Shown in pieces: positions 14,328 through 21,022 of a stretch of DNA of 21,022 nt. Source of the stretch: a virus; the IMG/VR virus record IMGVR_UViG_3300029156_000002, positions 1 through 21,022 of that record, one strand, 5' to 3'. The position numbers and the translations under genes are program-made. The notes beneath the pieces were generated by a model. That model did no database searches. It was not told where the DNA came from and saw only the letters and a list, made by a program, of their open reading frames with translations. Each line of letters starts with the position of its first letter. Position 1 is the stretch's first letter.

Positions 14328-15974
14328 TTAGTCTTCTTCTGCTGAAATTTGTGTTATTAAAATTCGGTCGTTTTTGAAACGACCCTCAGTGCCAGAACCG
14401 ACGCCATCGATTCGCTGGCCGAAAGCGACTGGCCCTGCAGGAATATTAGTAGATACAGCGGCACCTTCGTTGCCTCCATTAACAGACATTTGTACCGAAG
14501 CTGCAGGCCCAAACGTCACGGTCATCTCAACGCGGTACCAGGTGTCAGCAACCATTACTGTTGTCCCCGTGACTGTCGTTCTAGTGCCGCCGTTCGCGCA
14601 CGAGAGTCGCAAATTTCCGGATACTGCAGGATCAAAATCTATGTAAATGCCGTTAGCGTGCTGGACCCCTCCAACGGCACCATATTCATCGCCCCAACCC
14701 CAAGTCACTCGTTCTGTATGTGTGCTATCCAGCCCATTCGCATCAAATTTGACAATATGCTTCCAAACAATTGTATTTTGGGTTGCGCTAAAATCGAAAG
14801 CTGGGGCAACTGCATATAAAGCCGACCTCGAACCAGCAGCTTTGCCTCCGCCCATATCTACAATTCCTGGATGGCCAGCTTCGCCAGTGAACAACACATC
14901 CGCGCCTGTCCCGCCAGCGAGCAAAGTCCAAGAGATTTGCCCAACTTCGTCCGTGTCATCGGCTCCAGTTAGCCAATGCTCATCCAAGACAATATTGTTA
15001 GCACCTGAGGCTGCAGTTTCCCATGACGGATTTGCTGCAGCGCCGTTGGTCTGCAATACCTGACCAGATGTGCCAGCTGGCAAGCGTACCCAACTTGATG
15101 CGTTGCGATAGAGAATGTCCCCTTGCGCTTCGCTGGCGATGCTTAAGTTTGTAACGGCGTGAGTATGGTCAGCGCGTGCCAGCGAAGAACTTGAGCCTTC
15201 CTGGTTTGCTGCGCCTACGTTAATTGCAGCCGCGGTAGCGATGTCGTGCTTGTGATCCGCTCGCGATACATCTGCGCTAGTTCCGGAACCCGCAGCAGTT
15301 CTTGAAACGTTGCTGGGCCCAGAGTCACTCAACGGAACGACAGAATCAATGCCGACCCAAACGACGCCATTTGATGCGTCGTCATCAATTACGATCCCAA
15401 TTTGTTGGCGAATATTTGGGCCTATCGGCGCAATGCTGGTAAAGCTTCCTGCGGCAGACGAACTCACAAACAAAGCTGCGCGTTTTGCTATGCTGCTTGT
15501 ATTAAGGCCGAATACTTTGCCAACAATCATAATCTTGCCCGCTACAAGATTTGTGACTTCCTCGGAAACCATACCAAGCGCAGGCATCGTAGAAGTTGAA
15601 TTTGATCTTGCGGCTTCAACTTGAACGATTGGTGTTACATCGTCATGATCGGCAACATAAACAAGCGAACCAACCGCAAGCGTTCCGGCAGTATCTTTGA
15701 TCGCGTCAATTTCAACTTTGTCTTTGTTGATGGCCAGAGCGGCATTGCCTACCGGCTGCCACACCAGCGGACCTTCTGACAAAAGCCAATATAGTTCGTT
15801 AGTATCGATCTGTAATGCAATGGGAGCAACTAAAGTTTCTCCTAGCACGGTCAATGTTACAGCTGGTTCGCCTATTGTCTGTGTGCCCGCAGCCCGAGCG
15901 CTAGCGTCAGCAAAAGTCCATCGCACGATTCCATGGATGCCGCGTTCTGGCGTTGTGTTTGCGTGAAATCCCAT
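14328..15974 (-). CDS. Fibre / receptor-binding protein
   Basis: Two HxH repeats (SRADHKH, ARADHTH), fibre motif GDILYRNASSWVRLPAGTSGQVLQTNGAAANPSW, and a C-terminal concanavalin-like beta-sandwich (DTWYRVEM...MSVNG). Confidence 0.8.
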   Translation of the reverse strand: MGFHANTTPERGIHGIVRWTFADASARAAGTQTIGEPAVTLTVLGETLVAPIALQIDTNELYWLLSEGPLVWQPVGNAALAINKDKVEIDAIKDTAGTLAVGSLVYVADHDDVTPIVQVEAARSNSTSTMPALGMVSEEVTNLVAGKIMIVGKVFGLNTSSIAKRAALFVSSSAAGSFTSIAPIGPNIRQQIGIVIDDDASNGVVWVGIDSVVPLSDSGPSNVSRTAAGSGTSADVSRADHKHDIATAAAINVGAANQEGSSSSLARADHTHAVTNLSIASEAQGDILYRNASSWVRLPAGTSGQVLQTNGAAANPSWETAASGANNIVLDEHWLTGADDTDEVGQISWTLLAGGTGADVLFTGEAGHPGIVDMGGGKAAGSRSALYAVAPAFDFSATQNTIVWKHIVKFDANGLDSTHTERVTWGWGDEYGAVGGVQHANGIYIDFDPAVSGNLRLSCANGGTRTTVTGTTVMVADTWYRVEMTVTFGPAASVQMSVNGGNEGAAVSTNIPAGPVAFGQRIDGVGSGTEGRFKNDRILITQISAEED

Positions 15975-15977
15975 ATT

Positions 15978-16388
15978 TTAATGCCCATCTACTAACAACT
16001 CGCCTTGCGCGTCTGCTAGCCATCCTGTTGCGTCTACCGTTGGGCTTTGGACCGTGAAGGTAGAGCCATCAATTGAAAATAAAATTTGTCCCCGCAAAGT
16101 TGCTGCAGGAAGGCTTCCCGAGCCTGCCGCTGCAGAAATTGCAGCATCTGAAGCTTCCTGGATTGTTGTAGCTGGGGAGTCTTCAACGAACCGAAACCCT
16201 TTGCCTTCCATGTGCTCGTTAACGTCTGTGCTTGAATTGTCGATGGCGTCATCAAATTGAACGTCGATGTATTGCCCTACAGCGATGCTGTCCAAGATCG
16301 TGAGCGACACGCCGCCAGATATGACGTTAGGGAAGGCTGCAGAACCTTCCTCCGGAATGAACACAAACCTACGAGTAATTACGGCCAT
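15978..16388 (-). CDS. Small virion fibre-associated protein
   Basis: TAATG coupling with the upstream gene. LPAATLRGQILFSIDGSTF is a fibre-like motif. Confidence 0.6.
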   Translation of the reverse strand: MAVITRRFVFIPEEGSAAFPNVISGGVSLTILDSIAVGQYIDVQFDDAIDNSSTDVNEHMEGKGFRFVEDSPATTIQEASDAAISAAAGSGSLPAATLRGQILFSIDGSTFTVQSPTVDATGWLADAQGELLVDGH

Positions 16389-18307
16389 TAAATAATCTCC
16401 AAAAACGCATAAACGTCTCTAATTTGACTAGTCGTTGCTGCACTTTTGTCCACTGCGATAGCTACTACATCGCCTACAGACACGGCAATAGAGCCTGCCG
16501 CAATACCAGCAACGTTAGAATCTGACGTGCGAACCAAAGTGATCGGCGTGTCTGCAATGCCCGCTATAGTCGCGCCATGCTGAGCAACGTATGTGATCGA
16601 CTGGCCGGCAGCGACTGGAGAATTTTGAATGACGACGAGCCTTCGAAGCAACCCAGATTTTGTCACGGGCAAAACGAAAACGCCTGTTGGCGCAACTATG
16701 TTTTGAGCTCCGGGGACCAACCAACGTCGAGTTGTTGTGCTAGTCAGCCTTAGTGCTCCGAACGTGTAGTTTGACCCGCGATCGACAAGATAATCTAGCG
16801 CGCCTTCAACTGTGTCCGGAACGGTTGACCAATGCGCTGGCGTTGTCGGAACGTATCCAGTCTGTCCAGCATCAGGAGTTAGCAAGAATGAAGCTCGAAT
16901 AGCTCGATCGTTTATAAACCCTGCGCCTTGAAAGCTTAGGTTCGTGACCGGAATGTCCCAGTAACTTCCTTGATCAACTGGAGCGCCAGTGACCTCGAAA
17001 AGGTATTGTTTCGCTGGGGAGTCTGTTCCTTGGATATAGACTCGATCGCCAACGCTAAGCAAGCTGAGAAAGCCAGAGACGTCTTTGCCGTGTGAGCCTG
17101 TTTCATGAACGCTAATTTGTGTTGCATTCTCTTGAACGGCGTTATCAAAAAGAATTTGCCCGCTTGGAGGTGGTCCGGCTATTGAGCTTTCGAACGTGTA
17201 TTGCCCGCTTAGCAGGCGCTCTCCGATGTCTGTATTCCGGTAAACTGTCGCGATGCCGGTGCCTGTGCTTGATTCGGTGCCTGAGAGGCTGTACCCAAAG
17301 AGCGAAAGCGAACCTGCTGTTACGCTATAAAGCGAAGTTGCGGAAACGCGCCCGGCATAGACTTCAGCAGAGCCGCCAGAGACGTTGAAAGCTGTACTTG
17401 CCGTGAGGCTGCCGAGGTTCGCTTGTAAGGCCCCTCCGCTGATTTGCAGGGCTACCCCTACACCAATGCCTGCGCCGGACTCAGCGAGGCTCTGGGCGAT
17501 CACAACGGCTTGTCCTGCTGACACGTCGATAGCAGGCGTGCTACCCTCAATTGAAATGTGTCCAAATTGGGCTTGCGTCAATGCTGCGGCGTTAGAAACT
17601 GTGAGGAAACTCCCAGCTCCTGAAGCACCTTGAACGACGACTGTTGTGGGGCCTGATTCGTTGATAACGCCTGCCGAGCTGCTGCCGTTTGTCACGAGCT
17701 TGTCAACGATGTAAACGGCCTTGCCCGAAGATGTATTTGCAAAGGCAATTGCGTTATTTTGCGTTTCGTGCTGGGAAATCTTAGCGATTGAATTTGTCCC
17801 AGCAGTAACTTGCCCAACAATTCGGGCGCTTTCTGCTAGGAAAGCTGTGTTTGCTGGGAGAGTAAAGTCTTCTGTGTATGTCTCGGCGTCAATGATTTTG
17901 ATGAGCCATGGCGTTGTCGCAGTTGGCGATTGTGTATTCACGAATGTAACCGCTGCGGCGATCGTCAAGAATGGCTTGTCATCATCGCGCCCATCGAGGG
18001 AATCATTGCCTGTCTTTGCAACAAAGGCGGTACGCCCTTGTGCGATTGCGTTAGCTGTAATGCGCGCAACGCCTCCGCCAATGTCAGCAACGGAAAGTTC
18101 ATGGCCAACGAAATCGATCGTGTCCGCGGCCGCGACAATCGTTACGCCATCTTCCTGAACTTCGACTGTTCCGCCGCCTCCTCCGCTTGGAATTGCCGCA
18201 GCAAGCTCATTCAATAGAGCGCGCAGGCCCTCCATGTCCTGATCGGTTACAAGCGAACCGCCCTGGAAATAGTCGGGCTTTAGAGGAAATAGATCAGCGA
18301 GTGCCAT
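16388..18307 (-). CDS. Tailspike/fibre protein with a predicted beta-helix
   Basis: Beta-helix cap motif FVAKTGNDSLDGRDDDKPFLTIAAAV, G/S/A/T/V-rich repeats, PDTVEGALDYL trimerisation-like motif, and C-terminal VSVGDVVAIAV domain. Confidence 0.8.
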   Translation of the reverse strand: MALADLFPLKPDYFQGGSLVTDQDMEGLRALLNELAAAIPSGGGGGTVEVQEDGVTIVAAADTIDFVGHELSVADIGGGVARITANAIAQGRTAFVAKTGNDSLDGRDDDKPFLTIAAAVTFVNTQSPTATTPWLIKIIDAETYTEDFTLPANTAFLAESARIVGQVTAGTNSIAKISQHETQNNAIAFANTSSGKAVYIVDKLVTNGSSSAGVINESGPTTVVVQGASGAGSFLTVSNAAALTQAQFGHISIEGSTPAIDVSAGQAVVIAQSLAESGAGIGVGVALQISGGALQANLGSLTASTAFNVSGGSAEVYAGRVSATSLYSVTAGSLSLFGYSLSGTESSTGTGIATVYRNTDIGERLLSGQYTFESSIAGPPPSGQILFDNAVQENATQISVHETGSHGKDVSGFLSLLSVGDRVYIQGTDSPAKQYLFEVTGAPVDQGSYWDIPVTNLSFQGAGFINDRAIRASFLLTPDAGQTGYVPTTPAHWSTVPDTVEGALDYLVDRGSNYTFGALRLTSTTTRRWLVPGAQNIVAPTGVFVLPVTKSGLLRRLVVIQNSPVAAGQSITYVAQHGATIAGIADTPITLVRTSDSNVAGIAAGSIAVSVGDVVAIAVDKSAATTSQIRDVYAFLEII

Positions 18308-18332
18308 GGGAATTATTTTCTTTGTTGTGCGA

Positions 18333-18659
18333 TTAGCATCTAGCTTCTACGCGCACAGTCTGGCAGCCTTCGTCCGGAACAACTTCTTCCCCGGCCGCAC
18401 GAGTAATTACGAACGAACCTGTATAGGTCGCAACGGTCGCGGTGTGACTTGCTTGCCAGTCAATCTCAACCAGCCCATCAATTGCGTTGAGAACATTGCA
18501 CGTGACGTCTGAGAACGGAGCTCCTAAGGAGTCTGTCAACTTCAAAAGAACGCTGGTGGCTCCAGTTAGATCGATAGGGTCAAGTTCACGCAAACCGCGA
18601 ACCAGACGTACACGTGTCTTAGGCAAAACTGCATCTTTTTTGATTCTAATATCAGACAT
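18333..18659 (-). CDS. BppU N-terminal-like (baseplate upper protein) Ig-fold protein
   Basis: IKKDAVLP...PIDLTGAT...NAIDGLVEIDWQASHT...YTGSFVIT...VVPDEG pattern. AGGAG SD lies 8 nt before ATG 18659; the track start 18719 is an alternative. Confidence 0.7.
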   Translation of the reverse strand: MSDIRIKKDAVLPKTRVRLVRGLRELDPIDLTGATSVLLKLTDSLGAPFSDVTCNVLNAIDGLVEIDWQASHTATVATYTGSFVITRAAGEEVVPDEGCQTVRVEARC

Positions 18660-18724
18660 CGCTGTTGCTCCTATCAAAATGACTCTAGCTGTTTTCGTCA
18701 AAACAATTGCTTGACTCATTGCGA

Positions 18725-19054
18725 CTATTCCTTATCGTCTTCGCTTAAGTCGCAAACACGCTTTCCACGCTTCAGGCACTTTTCCAGTTTCTTGAGCTTT
18801 CTGTTGGTGGTTTTCTTGAACTCTGCAAAGTCTGCAAGCTCAGAGTCATTTTCGCTAACTGACTCTGCGATTTCTTGAACTTCAGATTTCAACTCTGTAA
18901 AAGCGTTGGATTGACTTTCGTATCCTGAGCTTGTTTGAAATCCAACAAAAAGAATGGCGGCTAGCGTAGAGCCTTGAATTGGAATGCTCCAACGACCGTT
19001 GGATAGTCGCCATGTATTGCTCTCTTCTCTGTGCCTTTTGGTTCTCTTTACCAT
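18725..19054 (-). CDS. Single-TM coiled-coil membrane protein, possibly lysis-related
   Basis: TM TLAAILFVGF followed by heptad-like FTELKSEVQEIAESVSENDSEL. AGGA SD before ATG 19054. Function is inferred. Confidence 0.55.
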   Translation of the reverse strand: MVKRTKRHREESNTWRLSNGRWSIPIQGSTLAAILFVGFQTSSGYESQSNAFTELKSEVQEIAESVSENDSELADFAEFKKTTNRKLKKLEKCLKRGKRVCDLSEDDKE

Positions 19055-19059
19055 ATGTC

Positions 19060-19281
19060 CTATTCCCTCGGAACTACTGGCCCTAAAACCCAATAGAAAG
19101 CACCCATCATTTCATCAAATCCAGATGCGCGAGCATCTGGAACTTCATATGCACACGCGCTTGTTTGCGAGTCGAATGAGATTAATCTAATTTGTGCAAC
19201 AATGTCATTGCCTGGGGGATTTGGCAAAAGCGGCCCGCCGCGATCGTGATCAAAAGTATATGCTCTTATGCTAAATAACAT
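19060..19281 (-). CDS. Small hypothetical protein
   Basis: 73 aa, fills the gap between neighbours in the operon. Confidence 0.55.
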   Translation of the reverse strand: MLFSIRAYTFDHDRGGPLLPNPPGNDIVAQIRLISFDSQTSACAYEVPDARASGFDEMMGAFYWVLGPVVPRE

Positions 19282-19282
19282 A

Positions 19283-20431
19283 TTAGCGCCTTCTGTCGAT
19301 TCTCATTCGTTTAAACGTGCCAGTAAATGAAGCAGAACTGGTGGACGTTAAGCCCATAAAAACGGCAGTCAGATCATCTTGATAATACAAGTTGTTAAAC
19401 GGCCTGGTGTTTCCAGATGGAGAATCGTATCGCATCTTTAAATCTTCAATATCTGGCCAATCTGGACCAACCCATTTTCCTGTATAAATTGCACAACTTC
19501 CTCCGCGATTATATTGAACAACCACAACGTCGTCTGTAGCTGGAGTGTTCGTTACGCTTTGATCTGAAAATGTTGTATTTCCAGCCCTGTAAAACCAATC
19601 TGAAGTTGCAGTTCCGCCGATGCTGAAGCCTCTAAAAGATACATGGTCTCTGCCTAAGGAGTCTGACAACGGGTAACCAATGCCCATGGCAACGCCATCG
19701 CCGTTCGAAACTGCATCTTCGTCAAAGTAAAACCATAGTCTAAGATCATCTGCATCACTATGATCTGCGACTAAATCGCTAATTAATGCGCTAAGAAAAC
19801 CAGAAGTTCTGCTGCTTAGAGTAAAGATTTTGTTTGATGTATCAGAGTCTATTTCGATGCCAGTTCCGTTTAGTACTTCAAACCTGGTCGTCGCGGTTGA
19901 TTGATTTTGAATGTTCCAAACAGTCCCTGACCCGTCTCCAATGTCAACACCTGTGCCGTCAGTCAACGTAAGATTTGACAGCGTGGTATAATCCACATCA
20001 TAAATAGCTTGTCCCCAAGAAGAGCTACTTGAAGCTCCAGCTACGACAACTTGAGACCAAGTACTGGACGAAGCTCCATCGACGCTATCGACTTTGTAGA
20101 TGGTCGAGTCTCCTTCTGACCAAGCAAGGTCGCTGACTGAGAGAGAGTCGTTAGAGCCTATTGCTTGTAGTGCTGCCAGATTAGCTCTGCGCCAAAGCTT
20201 TGTGGCTTTATAGAAGAACGGATAGATGATTTGTAGAAAGTCATCAAATCCGTTGCCCCAAAGCGCACCAACTTTTTCGTCGATCTCATCCCCTGGGACC
20301 GCTCCGTCTTGATCTGCCTTAAGTGCATTAAATACGTCTTCCCAAGTAGGCCCTCCTCCGCCCGGGACAGCAGTAGCTAGAAAGGCCGCTAGTGTCTGCT
20401 CAAGATCGAAAATGTTACTTGCGTTTGCCAC
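19283..20431 (-). CDS. Virion protein with a predicted lectin-like beta-sandwich C-terminus
   Basis: GGAG SD before a GTG start. N-terminal helix plus PGGGG hinge, a Ser-rich linker, and an acidic beta-rich C-terminal half. Confidence 0.65.
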   Translation of the reverse strand: MANASNIFDLEQTLAAFLATAVPGGGGPTWEDVFNALKADQDGAVPGDEIDEKVGALWGNGFDDFLQIIYPFFYKATKLWRRANLAALQAIGSNDSLSVSDLAWSEGDSTIYKVDSVDGASSSTWSQVVVAGASSSSSWGQAIYDVDYTTLSNLTLTDGTGVDIGDGSGTVWNIQNQSTATTRFEVLNGTGIEIDSDTSNKIFTLSSRTSGFLSALISDLVADHSDADDLRLWFYFDEDAVSNGDGVAMGIGYPLSDSLGRDHVSFRGFSIGGTATSDWFYRAGNTTFSDQSVTNTPATDDVVVVQYNRGGSCAIYTGKWVGPDWPDIEDLKMRYDSPSGNTRPFNNLYYQDDLTAVFMGLTSTSSASFTGTFKRMRIDRRR

Positions 20432-20439
20432 TTTTACTC

Positions 20440-20847
20440 CTACCCTTCACTTGAAGCTTTCTTGATTTCGTCAGCAATAAGCTGTAACGCACAACGCTCG
20501 GCAAGCTCACCAGCTTTTTTGGCCCCGAATTCGTTAGCTTCTTCGTTTGTCATTGGCTGGTGTCCGGGCCGTCCTGGCTTAACTGTCTGAAAGTAGACAA
20601 CGCGCCCTGCATGATGATCGCGAACCCAAAAAGGCTGTGTTCCTTCTGGATAAGGAATTTTTGAATCCATAATTTGCTGGGGAGTTGCTCCATTGATTGG
20701 AGTCGTCTTGTCCCATACACCGTGAGAAAATCGTTCGGATTGCACTTGCATAATGCGTTCGTGATCGATGCTAGGTAGAGCTTCGGAAACTTGGTCAGCA
20801 TCAAGCTCAAAAGCTTCAGCAATCTGTTTAGGTTCAATTTTACTCAT
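20440..20847 (-). CDS. Hypothetical phage protein in the tail-gene neighbourhood
   Basis: 135 aa containing VWDKTTPINGA, a motif I recall from phage tail-region hypothetical proteins. No search was run. Confidence 0.65.
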   Translation of the reverse strand: MSKIEPKQIAEAFELDADQVSEALPSIDHERIMQVQSERFSHGVWDKTTPINGATPQQIMDSKIPYPEGTQPFWVRDHHAGRVVYFQTVKPGRPGHQPMTNEEANEFGAKKAGELAERCALQLIADEIKKASSEG

Positions 20848-20851
20848 TGCC

Positions 20852-21022
20852 TTAGCTTTCCTGCGTCATCAGAATGAAGTCGCCGTTGATATCCAAGTTC
20901 CAATCCTCAGTTCCATAGATTTGAGCGGATTTGAATGCGATATCTTGAACCTTTGTTTTCTCCGTTGACACATTAGAAAGTTCAATTTCTAACTCGTCTG
21001 GGAGCGTCCATGCTGAGGTGAC
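20852..21022 (-). CDS. C-terminal end of an upstream structural-operon gene, 5' truncated by the window
   Basis: Open frame VTSAWTLPDELEIELSNV...DFILMTQES* ending at TAA 20854-20852, 4 nt before the next ATG. Confidence 0.7.
   Translation of the reverse strand, partial: VTSAWTLPDELEIELSNVSTEKTKVQDIAFKSAQIYGTEDWNLDINGDFILMTQES

Larger units (their letters stand above)
1..21022. mobile_element. Tailed bacteriophage/prophage genome segment
   Basis: Replication module, control region and virion fibre operon in phage-like modular order. No host housekeeping genes. Confidence 0.9.

Noticed and set aside
588-20968. Many opposite-strand or alternate-frame ORFs in the track (e.g. 4612-5199, 7829-8302, 14374-15966, 17385-18217)
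   Set aside because: They are shadows of well-supported genes, with no motifs or translation signals.
13098-21022. Diversity-generating retroelement or invertible tail-fibre cassette
   Set aside because: No reverse transcriptase or invertase, and I saw no VR/TR-like or inverted long repeats in this window.
1-21022. CRISPR array or stop-codon reassignment
   Set aside because: No regularly spaced repeats were seen. TAA, TAG and TGA all terminate well-supported genes.

Overview
This window is a segment of a tailed bacteriophage or prophage genome (genetic code 11) with four blocks. (1) 1-6677, minus strand: a tightly coupled replication operon encoding two winged-helix proteins, a putative initiator, a DnaC/IstB-like loader, a DnaB-like helicase, a Zn-finger protein, a 5'(3')-deoxyribonucleotidase, a DnaG-type primase and a sigma-70-family factor. 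(2) About 6680-9900: a control/accessory region with an RHH protein divergent from an intact IS4-family DDE transposase, two related XRE-HTH proteins, a palindromic operator, two Cys-rich exported proteins and a stand-alone HicB-like domain. (3) 9956-12967, plus strand: a sigma70-driven operon encoding a GNAT acetyltransferase, two hypotheticals, an SNF2 helicase and an HExxH metallopeptidase. (4) 13098-21022, minus strand: the end of a virion-protein operon (fibre/spike/lectin-like proteins, a BppU-like protein, a membrane protein), closed by an intrinsic terminator. Two observations stand out. First, the transposase has no visible terminal repeats or target duplication and appears wired into phage regulation through a shared palindromic -35 box, so it is a candidate domesticated transposase or integrase. 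Second, a 55-nt CCA-ending tRNA-like element sits just before the late terminator. All calls come from reading motifs by eye; no searches were run.
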